DNA of 64,000 bases from Thermodesulfobacteriota bacterium (GTDB taxonomy: Bacteria > Desulfobacterota > Desulfobulbia > Desulfobulbales > SURF-16), in NCBI GenBank assembly GCA_039715015.1, contig JBDLIE010000003.1, positions 59,201 through 123,200 of the forward strand, in the 5' to 3' direction. How positions within the stretch are numbered: the first letter of the stretch is position 1; each line of letters begins with the position of its first letter. Below the pieces are notes generated by a model. That model had not been told where the DNA came from, ran no database searches, and was given only the letters and a program-made list of their open reading frames with translations. The translations under genes and the position numbers were made by a program. Positions 1 to 10,145 of the stretch are shown here, piece by piece.

Positions 1-1807
1 CGCCAATGTCGTGGGCGATACCATGAAGCTTCATCCCCATGGTGACCAGTCCATTTATGCTGCTTTGGTGAACCTGTCAAACAAAGGCTTTCTTATCAGC
101 CAACAGGGTAATTTTGGTAACATCTACACAGGTGATGGGGCGTCGGCAGCTCGCTATATCGAATGTCGTTTATCACCCCTGGCCAAAGAGACCCTTTTTA
201 ATAAAGATTTGACCGCCTTTGCTGAATCTTATGATGGCCGTCTCATGGAGCCGGTTACCCTGCCAAGCAAAATACCTCTTCTTCTTCTGCAGGGAGCCGA
301 AGGTATTGCTGTGGGTATGGCAACTAAGATTATGCCCCATAATTTTGTCGAAGTGCTTGAGGCGCAAAAGGATATTCTCCATGACAAGGAAATAGAGATC
401 TATCCTGATTTTCAAAAGGGTGGCACCCTGGATGTCTCCGGGTATGATGACGGCAATGGTCGTTTAAAATGTCGAGCCTGCATCGAAGAAAAGGATGAGA
501 AAACCATCCTTGTTAAGGAGATTCCTCATTCGACAACCACTCAGTCCATTATGGAGAGTGTTGAGAAGGCGGCCAAACAGGGCAAGATCAAGATCCAGTC
601 CATTAATGATTACACCGCAGAAGAGGTGGAGATAGAGATCAAACTCCCGCGCGGCATTTATGCAGAGGATACGATCCGGGCACTCTATGCCTTCACCGAT
701 TGCGAGGTCTCCATCAGCCCCAATCTCACGGTTATTCGCGATGGCAATCCTGTCAATATCAGTGTCACTGAGGTTCTGCGCGACAACACCGACAAGCTGG
801 TTAACGATCTTGAAAAAGAGCTCCTGATAGATCTTGATCGCCTCCAGGAAAGGCTTCAGGCCGCTCTCCTTGAACAGATTTTCATAGAAGAACGTCTTTA
901 TAAGAAGATTGAGGAATGTGACACCTACCAACTTGTGGTTGAAACCGTTGACAGCTCGCTCAAACCTTTTCGAGATCGTCTGCTACGTGACGTCACCTTG
1001 GAGGATATTGAACGGCTTCTGGAGATCCGGATTAAACGGATATCCCGTTACGATATTGCCAAGAAGCAAAAAGAAATTAATGCCACCCGCAAGAAGATCC
1101 GTGAAGTTGAAAAGCATCTGAAAGATATGGTTCTTTTTACAACTAATTATATCGACAAGCTGCTGAAAAAATATGGCCCTGACTATCCTCGCCGTACAGA
1201 GATTGCCACCTTCTCCGAGGTTCAGGCCCGCAAGGTGGCAATCTCTAACCTTACCTTTGGCTATCAAGTAAAAACAGGATTTCTGGGCCATCAGGTTAAA
1301 GGGGATGAGGGATTTTCTTTCCCTTGTTCAGAGTATGACAAGGTCATGCTTGTCTTCAAAAATGGCACTTATAGAGTCGTGCCTGTGGCTGAAAAGGTTT
1401 TTATCGGCCACGATATCGTCTGGATGGGCAAGGTTGAAGGTAGACTCGTTTTTAACATCATCTACAAAAACGGTAGTGAAAATCTCTCCTATATTAAGCG
1501 CTTTAAAATGCCGAAATTTATCATGGAAAAGGACTATGAGCTGTTTAAGCCCCATAAACGCTCCCTTATTCAGCATATGAGTCTTGGTGATGAGGGGCTT
1601 GTCAGGGTCTATTACACCCCGAATAAAAGGGCCAAGGCAAATTATGAGGATTTTTCTCTTGAGGATTTCTTGATTAAAGGGGCGGCAGCCCGAGGGAAAA
1701 GGGTTTCCAACACCAGACCGGTAACCAGGGTGAGAGCGTTAACCTCCAAAGATGATAAGTCTGATGAGGTGAAAAACCCGGCAACCCTTTTTGATGCAAA
1801 AGATTGA
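1..1807 (+). CDS. parC: DNA topoisomerase IV subunit A (ParC/GyrA family), 5'-truncated by window edge
   Basis: HPHGD motif and catalytic ARYIE tyrosine; GAEGIAVGMAT motif; frame is open upstream of GTG 11 (ANVVGDTM); no GyrA-box seen, so more ParC-like. Confidence 0.85.
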   Translation, partial: ANVVGDTMKLHPHGDQSIYAALVNLSNKGFLISQQGNFGNIYTGDGASAARYIECRLSPLAKETLFNKDLTAFAESYDGRLMEPVTLPSKIPLLLLQGAEGIAVGMATKIMPHNFVEVLEAQKDILHDKEIEIYPDFQKGGTLDVSGYDDGNGRLKCRACIEEKDEKTILVKEIPHSTTTQSIMESVEKAAKQGKIKIQSINDYTAEEVEIEIKLPRGIYAEDTIRALYAFTDCEVSISPNLTVIRDGNPVNISVTEVLRDNTDKLVNDLEKELLIDLDRLQERLQAALLEQIFIEERLYKKIEECDTYQLVVETVDSSLKPFRDRLLRDVTLEDIERLLEIRIKRISRYDIAKKQKEINATRKKIREVEKHLKDMVLFTTNYIDKLLKKYGPDYPRRTEIATFSEVQARKVAISNLTFGYQVKTGFLGHQVKGDEGFSFPCSEYDKVMLVFKNGTYRVVPVAEKVFIGHDIVWMGKVEGRLVFNIIYKNGSENLSYIKRFKMPKFIMEKDYELFKPHKRSLIQHMSLGDEGLVRVYYTPNKRAKANYEDFSLEDFLIKGAAARGKRVSNTRPVTRVRALTSKDDKSDEVKNPATLFDAKD

Positions 1808-1850
1808 TAGTGGTGCACCAGTTTATTTTTGATGAAAATAGGAAATCCCC

Positions 1851-2534
1851 TTGAGTAAGGCCCCAGCAGTACAAAAAATGTTCGACTCCATCGCCGGTCA
1901 ATACGATCTGATGAACAGGGTCATGACCCTGGGCCAGGACCAGCGCTGGCGCAAGTTTGTGGTCGCCAAAGCTGGAGATGCCAAGCAGGGGAGGGTGCTT
2001 GATCTAGCCACCGGAACCGGTGATATTGCTGCCCTTTATAAAGAATCGTTTCCTAAAGCCACCGTCATTGGAGGCGATTTTGCCCAAAATATGCTGGCTG
2101 AGGCAGGCAAGCGCTTTGCTGACCGCGATATCTCCTGGCAGGCCTGTGATGCCAATTTTCTTCCCTTTGGCGATGATTTTTTTGAGGCAGTGACCTTTGG
2201 CTACCTCTTGCGAAATGTAGACCATGCCCCCACCGTTCTTAACGAGGTATACAGGGTGCTTAAAAAGGGGGGACGTATTGTCTGCCTTGACACTACGCCC
2301 CCTGGAAAAAACATTCTTTACCCCTTTATCCGGGGCTATTTACGTTGGGGAATTCCCTTAATGGGGAGATTGATCGCTAGCGATGAGGCCGCGTATGCCT
2401 ATCTGACAGGCTCCACCATGGATTTTTACAAGGCGGATGATCTTGCAACAGAATTTCGGCATGCAGGTTTTCAGAAGGTAGGATTCAAGAAGTTCATGAT
2501 GGGCACCATTGCCGTCCATTGGGGAGAGAAATAA
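1851..2534 (+). CDS. menG: Demethylmenaquinone methyltransferase (UbiE/MenG family)
   Basis: MFDSIAGQYDLMN N-terminal motif, VLDLATGTGD SAM-binding motif, LRNV motif. Confidence 0.85.
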   Translation: MSKAPAVQKMFDSIAGQYDLMNRVMTLGQDQRWRKFVVAKAGDAKQGRVLDLATGTGDIAALYKESFPKATVIGGDFAQNMLAEAGKRFADRDISWQACDANFLPFGDDFFEAVTFGYLLRNVDHAPTVLNEVYRVLKKGGRIVCLDTTPPGKNILYPFIRGYLRWGIPLMGRLIASDEAAYAYLTGSTMDFYKADDLATEFRHAGFQKVGFKKFMMGTIAVHWGEK

Positions 2535-2613
2535 GCTTCATTCCCTCCCCGTCTTCCCTTTAACGTCATTTGCATTATAGGTTTTTCGCTCATGGCGTCA
2601 GTTGACAACTCTC

Positions 2614-3195
2614 CTATTTCTTTTCCTCATACATCTTTAAGATAACCACGTCCTTGTTGGGCACATCACCATACATTCCGCTTTGTCCCCTTGGCACTGA
2701 AACAATGGCATCCGCTACATCCATGCCTTCGACAACCTTGCCAAACACTGCATAGCCGTATCCATCCATACGCATGGAACGATGGTCTAAGGACCTATTG
2801 TCATTCACATTGATAAAGAACTGGGCTGTGGCACTGTTGATATCCTGGGTGCGGGCCATGGACAAGGTGCCTCTTTTATTCTTTAAGCCGTTATGCGCCT
2901 CATTCATGATAGGCGGCCTGGTTGATTTTTTTTTCAGACCGGGCTCGAAACCGCCGCCCTGAATCATAAAACCAGGAATGACGCGATGGAAAATAAGGCC
3001 ATCAAAGAAACCATCACGCACATAGGTGCGAAAGTTTTTACAGGTAATGGGCGCCTCTTTGTCAAAAAGGGCAATGGTCATATTGCCCATACTGGTTTCC
3101 ATAATAATTCGAGGTGCGGATTCCTCAGCACATGATAATGCGGGTAAGGAAAAAGAAACGGCAAGAAGAAGCGCAAAGAGTACTTTTTTTGTCAT
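2614..3195 (-). CDS. ppiA: Cyclophilin-type peptidyl-prolyl cis-trans isomerase, exported
   Basis: FHRVIPGFMIQGGG, GTLSMART, SATAQFFIN, YAVFGKV motifs; N-terminal signal peptide. Confidence 0.92.
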   Translation of the reverse strand: MTKKVLFALLLAVSFSLPALSCAEESAPRIIMETSMGNMTIALFDKEAPITCKNFRTYVRDGFFDGLIFHRVIPGFMIQGGGFEPGLKKKSTRPPIMNEAHNGLKNKRGTLSMARTQDINSATAQFFINVNDNRSLDHRSMRMDGYGYAVFGKVVEGMDVADAIVSVPRGQSGMYGDVPNKDVVILKMYEEKK

Positions 3196-3321
3196 GTTGA
3201 AGCCTCATTAAAGTGGTTAAAATTGGGTAAGCATGAAAAAATATTATGAAAATACCATATTTCGATACAAAGTCTTATGAAAGAATTGAGTTTATTCCGT
3301 TTTTTGATTTATTATTTTGCT

Positions 3322-4371
3322 ATGCATAAGCCTTTAGATTTACATCCTGACAACGCACTTCAATGTTCCTATTCTGAGACTATTATCTTCGCCCAAAAGA
3401 TTTTCAGGACAAGCTCTGTTGCCATTGTCACCTGTCTAGTCCTCCTTTCTTTTATCATCCCTCAACGTGATACGGTTTCAGTGGCAAAGGTCCAAAATCC
3501 TACTGAAACTCTTACTGTTAAAGCAAATGAAGTTGAGCCCCCTGACCCCTCTGTGCCATCGTATAGTCCATCATCCTCGATGGATCTTCAGCAGACACTG
3601 GAGAAGTATGGGCTCTGGTCAATAAAGAATAATTCTACCATTGACCCGGTGCTTTTCACCTCCTTCCCTGATAACCTTCACACCTTATCCATTGCTGACA
3701 AGAAGACGACCTTTTTACACACCCTTTTGCCTGTGGCTCTTTATGCAAACCAGATGGTAGAGAATGAACGTTTGCGTCTTTTTGAAATTCTGGCAATGTC
3801 TGGTGCTCTGCCTGGAGATTTCTCATTAAAAGAAATTCCTGCAGCATGGCAAAAGATTCTATCAAATAAGGACAAACAGTGGCTTCTTGGTTTGGCTAAA
3901 CGTTATAAGGCTGAAACCATCGCTCAGCTCAAAAAAAGGGTGCGGCCCGTGCCTGTCAGTCTTCTTCTGGCCCAAAGCGCTTTGGAATCATCTTGGGGAA
4001 CTTCTCGTTTTGCCAGAGAGGGCAATAATCTTTTTGGCATCCGCACCTGGGGTGAAAAAGGACTTGTCCCTGGCGAAAGAGAGACAGGAAGCAAGTTTCT
4101 TGTGGCTCAATACGACACCATTCTTGACTCCGTAAATGCATATATCCTCACCTTAAACAGCCATCACCTCTACGTGAAATTCCGAACCCTTCGCATGGAG
4201 AGCCAGGACACGGAGGTGTTAAGTGGAGGCCTGCTTTTTTATTCTGAAAAAAGAAAGAGTTATGTGACTAAAGTTAATAGAATTATACGTTATAACCGAC
4301 TCAAACGTTTTGACACCCTGCATCTTGCTCGTTATGGAGAGAGCATGGCACCTAAGGTAGCAGTCAATTAA
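3322..4371 (+). CDS. Glucosaminidase (GH73, Bax-like) domain protein with N-terminal membrane anchor
   Basis: LAQSALESSWGTSRFAREGNNLFG motif; hydrophobic segment near N-terminus; start uncertain (ORF open from 3277). Confidence 0.8.
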   Translation: MHKPLDLHPDNALQCSYSETIIFAQKIFRTSSVAIVTCLVLLSFIIPQRDTVSVAKVQNPTETLTVKANEVEPPDPSVPSYSPSSSMDLQQTLEKYGLWSIKNNSTIDPVLFTSFPDNLHTLSIADKKTTFLHTLLPVALYANQMVENERLRLFEILAMSGALPGDFSLKEIPAAWQKILSNKDKQWLLGLAKRYKAETIAQLKKRVRPVPVSLLLAQSALESSWGTSRFAREGNNLFGIRTWGEKGLVPGERETGSKFLVAQYDTILDSVNAYILTLNSHHLYVKFRTLRMESQDTEVLSGGLLFYSEKRKSYVTKVNRIIRYNRLKRFDTLHLARYGESMAPKVAVN

Positions 4372-4515
4372 TTCTTGGTGTCTATATCCAGCGAATTTCT
4401 TTTGTTTCTTCTGTTTTTATGCCATACCCATTAGTCTGTTGCTGAACGAGGAAGGTGTCTCGTTCACTCTGTCCTGCCGTTGTGCATTACAATGATCATA
4501 AATCCGAGGTTTTTC

Positions 4516-5583
4516 ATGTCGAAAAGAAACATCCTGTTTCCACTTCTCCTGTTTTTTTTGTTTATGGCGCCAAGCTTCAGTCTGGCAGAAGGTAATGCAA
4601 CTATTTTAATTTATCATCGTTTCGGAGATGCCCGCTACCCAACGACTAATGTCAGTGTTGAGGCCTTTTCCGAGCAGATGGATTTTCTGCTTGATAATGG
4701 TTACACGGTGATTCCTTTTGCCGAGTTAATCTCTCTGTTAAAAAACAAAACAAAAATACCTGAAAAAACTGTGGTCATTACCATTGATGATTCCTATGCC
4801 ACTGTTTATGAAAATGCCTGGCCAATTCTTAAGAAACATGGCTACCCCTTTTCGGTTTTTGTTTACACTAAAGGGGTTGACCAGGATTATGGCGATTATA
4901 TGAACTGGTCACAACTCCGTGAGTTGAAGGAGCATGGTGTTGATCTTCAAGACCATACTTTCGGCCATAAGCACCTGGCATTTCGGCAGGAGAATATGGA
5001 TGAGTTTGGCTACAGGGCCTGGATCAGTGGCGATCTTGTGAAATCCATGGCCCTTTTTTCAAGGGAACTCGGCGATACGCCCCGTTTCCTTGCTCTTCCA
5101 TATGGCGAGTATAATCAAATCGTTATTGAGGAGGCCAAGGCCTTAGGATATGAGGCCATCTTGACGCAGGACCCAGGTGCTGTCGGCTCTCATTCAGATC
5201 TTTTCAATCTCCCCAGGCAGCCTATCCTTGGCGACGAATGGGCTTCCATGCCCCATTTTGAAAAAATCCTTAAACTAACCGATTTCCCGGTAACCGACCT
5301 TACCCCCCAGCCCCAGCAATTAGCAGATGCCATGGTAACCAGGTTTCAGGTAACCATGATCAATCCAGAGGATTATATCCCAGGCAGCTTTGGTTTTTGG
5401 GTAAGTGGTTTGGGCTGGCATCAAGGTCAAAGGCAAGGGGACACCCTCTATTTTACAGCTGATAAGCCTTTGCAGAGGCCGATAAGCAGAGTTGTGGTCA
5501 GCGGTCGCGTAGCCAAAGATAGAAAACTTGCTACCCGGACCTGGATGCTCGTTCATCCTAATGGAGATAAGGCAGGGAAATAG
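4516..5583 (+). CDS. Polysaccharide deacetylase family protein, exported
   Basis: ILIYHRF, ITIDD, DHTFGH and LPYGEY motifs; signal peptide; ATG 4516 preceded by GAGGT. Confidence 0.85.
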   Translation: MSKRNILFPLLLFFLFMAPSFSLAEGNATILIYHRFGDARYPTTNVSVEAFSEQMDFLLDNGYTVIPFAELISLLKNKTKIPEKTVVITIDDSYATVYENAWPILKKHGYPFSVFVYTKGVDQDYGDYMNWSQLRELKEHGVDLQDHTFGHKHLAFRQENMDEFGYRAWISGDLVKSMALFSRELGDTPRFLALPYGEYNQIVIEEAKALGYEAILTQDPGAVGSHSDLFNLPRQPILGDEWASMPHFEKILKLTDFPVTDLTPQPQQLADAMVTRFQVTMINPEDYIPGSFGFWVSGLGWHQGQRQGDTLYFTADKPLQRPISRVVVSGRVAKDRKLATRTWMLVHPNGDKAGK

Positions 5584-5817
5584 ATGGTGCGTGAACTTAT
5601 AGCTCGATTAGACTGGCCTCTGCTTGTGGTCCTCTTCCTTACCATCGGCCTGGCTCCCTTCACACCACCCCATCTTGTCGAAAAAATAAGGATGTTAAGC
5701 CAGGGAACCCTGGAAAAACCGGTGGACTGGTTTGATCTCATCTTTCACGCCAGTCCCTGGCTTTTCTTGGCAATAAAGGCGGCCTACGCTGTTCTTGAGC
5801 GCTATTTCCCAAAATGA
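5584..5817 (+). CDS. Small membrane protein of unknown function
   Basis: Two hydrophobic segments, LAPFTPPHLVEK and DWFDLIFH motifs; starts immediately after the upstream stop. Confidence 0.7.
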   Translation: MVRELIARLDWPLLVVLFLTIGLAPFTPPHLVEKIRMLSQGTLEKPVDWFDLIFHASPWLFLAIKAAYAVLERYFPK

Positions 5818-6851
5818 CAGATAGGGTATGTGCATTTCTTGCAGACACTGCACAGACCGCCATGGCCCAACTTGGCAAGGTCGGCACGGCTCATTTTTTC
5901 ACCGGAGAGTACCCGGGGAAGGACAAGATCAAAAACTGTAATTCGATGAAACATCCCGCAGGCCGGCAGGCCCATAACCGGAATATCACCGATGGTTCCC
6001 ACCAGAAACATGGCTCCGGGCAGAACCGGGGTCCCATAAACAATGTCGGTGGCACCGGCCTTGGCGATGGCCATTCTAGTTACATCGTCAGGATCAACAG
6101 ACATACCGCCACTGGTGATGATGAGATCAGCCCCTGCATCAATGCAGCCCCTGATTTCTTTGGCAATTATGTCGATATCGTCTGGAGCAAAGGCCACCTT
6201 GATAACCGAAGATCCCAACTCAGCGAGCTTTTTTCTGAGGACGGGTTCAAAGGCGTCCTTGATCCGGCCATAAAAAACTTCATTGCCGGTAATGATAAGT
6301 CCAGCCTGGACTTTACGCAGTTTTTTTACGGAGAGAATGCCCTCAGCCGGACAGATTTCAGCTGCTTGGTCAACAACATCTCTCTGAGAGGTCAGGGGGA
6401 TAAGGCGGGTTGCTGCAACCTGGGTTCCTTTTTTGACCGGCGTATTGTTATGCAAGGTGGAACACATCACCTCGCCGAGTAAGTTGAACTCATTAAGTTT
6501 TTCGACATCTATTTTAAGGATGCCATCAAATTCTGCGACTAAACTCAACTTCCCTTCGGTGGGGCCTCCGCTAATGGCAACGCCACTTCCAGCCAAGGCT
6601 TTGGCCATGATTTCGGCAGCCTCGTTTTCATGAACCTCGTCATCATCAAGGGAAAGTACATAGATGTGATCTTTACCAAGGCGCTTAAGGTGTTCGACAT
6701 CTTCGCTCCGGATGATATGCCCTTTTTTAAAGGCTGCCCCTTTGAAAGAGTCTTTTGCGTCGTCTGCCGAACCAAGGGGCCTGATTTCCGTGACGTCGTG
6801 GGGGAGGACCATACCAACGGCCTGTTCCACAGGGATTGTTTTTGATGCCAT
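5802..6851 (-). CDS. Molybdopterin-binding (MoeA-like/MoCF biosynthesis domain) protein
   Basis: ITGNEV, SGGMSVDPDD, GTPVLPGAM, GLPAC motifs; C-terminal CSVCKKCTYPIC. Confidence 0.82.
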   Translation of the reverse strand: MASKTIPVEQAVGMVLPHDVTEIRPLGSADDAKDSFKGAAFKKGHIIRSEDVEHLKRLGKDHIYVLSLDDDEVHENEAAEIMAKALAGSGVAISGGPTEGKLSLVAEFDGILKIDVEKLNEFNLLGEVMCSTLHNNTPVKKGTQVAATRLIPLTSQRDVVDQAAEICPAEGILSVKKLRKVQAGLIITGNEVFYGRIKDAFEPVLRKKLAELGSSVIKVAFAPDDIDIIAKEIRGCIDAGADLIITSGGMSVDPDDVTRMAIAKAGATDIVYGTPVLPGAMFLVGTIGDIPVMGLPACGMFHRITVFDLVLPRVLSGEKMSRADLAKLGHGGLCSVCKKCTYPICHFGK

Positions 6852-6962
6852 AATTACTCGGAATTTTTATATTATTTTTAAGAGTACTTATTTCACAAAA
6901 TTATTTTTGTAGAGGTAAGGGGAAGGCAATAATACTAAGCGCTTCTTTAAAAGGCTAGTATA

Positions 6963-6990
6963 TTGACAAAGGCCTCAAATAAGATAGAGT
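6963..6990 (+). promoter_or_regulatory. Candidate sigma70 promoter for the NSS transporter-gnnA-lpxB run
   Basis: TTGACA(6963)-16 nt-TAGAGT, ~70 nt upstream of ATG 7063. Confidence 0.5.
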
Positions 6991-7062
6991 TACCCCGCGA
7001 TAATCAGTTATTTTTATTCAATTTTACGGAAGTCTTGAACATAAATAAATGGAGAATATTTT

Positions 7063-8619
7063 ATGAGCAGTAGCAGGGGAAACTGGCAGTCAAATCTAGG
7101 TTTTCTGCTTGCCGCTATAGGATCGGCCATTGGCCTTGGCAATGTTTGGCGTTTTAGTTATATGGCCCATCAATATGGTGGGGGCGCTTTCCTTGTTCCG
7201 TATATCGTTGCCTTGCTGATCGCGGGCCTGCCTATCATGCTCGTCGAGTATGGCGTCGGACATTTTGAAAAAGCGTCTTCACCCTTAAGTTTCAGAAGAA
7301 TAGGAAGTCAGTATGAGTGGTTGGGGTGGTGGATGCCAGTGGTGGCTATGTTTGGCATTATGCTCTACTACTCGGTCATTATTGGCTGGTGTGTTAACTA
7401 TCTCTTTCTCTCCGCCTCTTTAGGGTGGGGTGCCGATCCGCAAAGTTTCTTTTTTAGCGATTTTCTTAAACTTACTGACTCAGCCGACAATCTAGGCTCC
7501 TTTCGGATGCCCATTCTCTTTGCCACAGGCTTTGTCTGGTTTTTATGCTGGCTCATCTGTTTTCGTGATGTCAGCCATGGAATTGAGCGGGCCAGTAAAA
7601 TTTTTATGCCGGCCCTGTTTCTCTTGACCCTTATTATGGTGGGCTGGACCCTTACTTTAGATGGCGCCACTGATGCAATCATCAATAATTACCTTTCTGC
7701 AGACTGGTCTCGGATCAATATCTTTGCCACAGACCCTGATATCCGCAGCCAGGCCATTAAGACATGGGTGGCTGCCTTTGGTCAGATCTTCTTTACCCTT
7801 TCTTTAGGTTTCGGCATTATGATCACCTATGCCAGCTACCTGCCGGAAAAAACAAATATTGGCCAGAATGCGTTAGTAACATGTGTGGTAAACTGTGCGT
7901 ACTCGCTCATCGCTGGTCTTGCTGTGTTTGGTATAGTAGGATTCATGGCCCAGAGTCAGGGGGTAGCCTTTGATGATGCCATTAAGGGCGGCCCGCAGCT
8001 TGCCTTTGTTGTTTACCCTAAGGCAATCTCATTGCTGCCAAGCTTCAATACCCTTTTTGGCATAATGTTCTTTTTAATTTTGGTTATAGCTGGTCTCACC
8101 TCAGGTGTATCCTTGATTGAGGCCTTTACCTGTTCTGTTACTGACAAATTTGTCTGGGGCAGGAAAAAGGTGGTGACCGCAGTATGTGTTTTAGGTTTTG
8201 TCGGCAGCCTGATTTTTACCACCCAAGGAGGACTTTATATACTCGATATTGCAGATCATTTTATAACAAATTATGGCCTCGTCCTTGGCGGTCTTTTAGA
8301 GTGCCTGCTGGTTGGCTGGGTGCTTAAAACAGTGGTACTACGGGACCATTTTGCTGCTTCCGGCAGTAAAATCCCGCTCATCTGGGATATCTGTGTCAGA
8401 TTTATCACTCCAGCTCTCTTACTTATTCTTGTCTATTTTGCAGTGAACGTTGACTGGAGTGAGAATTATGGTGGTTACTCCTCTAGACAACTCATGCTTT
8501 ATGGTGGCGGGGCCATGCTTGCTTGCCTCTCAGCGGCGTTAGTTCTTGCCTTTACATCATGGCACCCGGACAAACTTAAACGCCGCCATCAACCTGAAGA
8601 GGATGAACTCTTGGTTTAA
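7063..8619 (+). CDS. Sodium-dependent transporter, neurotransmitter:sodium symporter (NSS/LeuT) family
   Basis: GSAIGLGNVWRFSY, GGGAFLVPY, QIFFTLSLGFG motifs; many TM helices. Confidence 0.93.
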   Translation: MSSSRGNWQSNLGFLLAAIGSAIGLGNVWRFSYMAHQYGGGAFLVPYIVALLIAGLPIMLVEYGVGHFEKASSPLSFRRIGSQYEWLGWWMPVVAMFGIMLYYSVIIGWCVNYLFLSASLGWGADPQSFFFSDFLKLTDSADNLGSFRMPILFATGFVWFLCWLICFRDVSHGIERASKIFMPALFLLTLIMVGWTLTLDGATDAIINNYLSADWSRINIFATDPDIRSQAIKTWVAAFGQIFFTLSLGFGIMITYASYLPEKTNIGQNALVTCVVNCAYSLIAGLAVFGIVGFMAQSQGVAFDDAIKGGPQLAFVVYPKAISLLPSFNTLFGIMFFLILVIAGLTSGVSLIEAFTCSVTDKFVWGRKKVVTAVCVLGFVGSLIFTTQGGLYILDIADHFITNYGLVLGGLLECLLVGWVLKTVVLRDHFAASGSKIPLIWDICVRFITPALLLILVYFAVNVDWSENYGGYSSRQLMLYGGGAMLACLSAALVLAFTSWHPDKLKRRHQPEEDELLV

Positions 8620-8625
8620 ATTATT

Positions 8626-9162
8626 ATGACACCACCTTCAAAAGAAATTTATCAGCCCCTTGTGGCTGCCCATGATTTTATCTCATCAAGATTACTATAT
8701 TTCTTTAATAACGATGATTTTGCTGATACTGAGTTTGCTGTAAACGAGTTTGATGTCTTTGCTATTTTTATTGCAACAATAGCCTTTTTAAACAACAAAG
8801 AGCCCAGCGAAGAAATGGGTACTGTTGTTGAAGATTTTCATGCCACCATGATGAACGTTATTGTGCAGCGTATCCTTGCAGCCCAGCCGGAACAAGCATC
8901 TGTTGACAAGGAAGAAGCTCTTGCCGACCTGATTAAGAAGATCTTTGAAGAACGTTTTCGCCATTATTTTCACATCTTCAAAAAAGGGAGTGATGAAGAT
9001 GTCCAGCAGATGTATATCAAACTGGCTGACGCCTTTCTTGACAGTGCTGTTAAGGAATCTGGACCTCAGGAAACACTTAGTCGTTTCACATCCTTTGTCA
9101 TAGAACTGTTTGACGAAGTGTCTGTGTTACTCCAAAAAACTGAATCTCTCGCTGGCTCCTAG
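8626..9162 (+). CDS. Hypothetical acidic helical protein
   Basis: 178-aa ORF tightly packed between same-strand genes; no family recognised. Confidence 0.65.
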   Translation: MTPPSKEIYQPLVAAHDFISSRLLYFFNNDDFADTEFAVNEFDVFAIFIATIAFLNNKEPSEEMGTVVEDFHATMMNVIVQRILAAQPEQASVDKEEALADLIKKIFEERFRHYFHIFKKGSDEDVQQMYIKLADAFLDSAVKESGPQETLSRFTSFVIELFDEVSVLLQKTESLAGS

Positions 9163-9185
9163 CCAGGAGAGCTGGTAGTCATTCT

Positions 9186-10145
9186 ATGAAAAAGATTAAG
9201 GCAGGAGTTATCGGTGTAGGATATCTGGGTAATTTCCACGCCCAAAAATATGCCGCCATGGATCATGTTGATCTTGTCGGCGTTTTTGATACGGATATTG
9301 GTCGAGCCGAAGAAATTGCCAAATCCTGTCAATGCAAGGCGTATGATGATTATCACGAGCTCATTTCTTTAGTTGATGCCGCGAGCATTGTTACCCCTAC
9401 GACCTTTCATCACAAGGTTGGTATGGATTGTCTTGCTGCCGGCCTTGATGTCATGATGGAAAAGCCTATCACTGTTACGCTTGATGAGGCTGATGAGCTT
9501 GTCGAGCTTGCAAAACAACAGAAATGTATCCTGCAGGTTGGTCATTTGGAGCGTTTTAATCCTGGCATCATGGCCCTTAATCATTATCTTGATAACCCCA
9601 TTTATATCGAATCGCAGCGGGTCCATCAATTTAACCCCCGTGGCAATGATGTTGATGTTGTCCTTGATCTTATGATCCATGATATCGACATTATCTTAAG
9701 TGTTGTTTCCTCACCCCTAAAGACTATACGTACCCTGGGTTCATCAGTGGTCACCACATCCACTGATGTGGCCACTGCCCAACTTATTTTTGAAAATGGT
9801 TGCGCGGCCACTGTTACAGCAAGCAGGATTGCCCAGAGCAATGTCAGGCAGCTTGTAATCCATCAAAAAAAGAGTTCGCTCATTGTTGATTACGGCAAAA
9901 AGGATATCACAGTGATCGAACGAAGCGGCGGCCAGACAGCAGATGGCTATCCCATGGAAGAGGCCACCCATTTACCCTTTCCCGATCAAGGCGATGCTCT
10001 GAAGTCAGAACTGCTTCATTTTATTGATGCTGTTCAAACCAGGAAGCAACCGAAGGTAAGTGGGGTGGAAGGGCGGCAGGCCTTGGCCATTGCCCTTCAG
10101 TTAATTGATGAGATGAAAGAACATCAAGCTGTTCACAACTTATAA
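9186..10145 (+). CDS. Gfo/Idh/MocA oxidoreductase, probable UDP-GlcNAc 3-dehydrogenase (GnnA-like)
   Basis: GVIGVGYLG Rossmann motif, MEKP, VGHLERFNP, DLMIHDID; abuts lpxB. Confidence 0.8.
   Translation: MKKIKAGVIGVGYLGNFHAQKYAAMDHVDLVGVFDTDIGRAEEIAKSCQCKAYDDYHELISLVDAASIVTPTTFHHKVGMDCLAAGLDVMMEKPITVTLDEADELVELAKQQKCILQVGHLERFNPGIMALNHYLDNPIYIESQRVHQFNPRGNDVDVVLDLMIHDIDIILSVVSSPLKTIRTLGSSVVTTSTDVATAQLIFENGCAATVTASRIAQSNVRQLVIHQKKSSLIVDYGKKDITVIERSGGQTADGYPMEEATHLPFPDQGDALKSELLHFIDAVQTRKQPKVSGVEGRQALAIALQLIDEMKEHQAVHNL

Noticed and set aside
5814..6482. 222-aa plus-strand ORF
   Set aside because: Antisense shadow of the molybdopterin-binding gene
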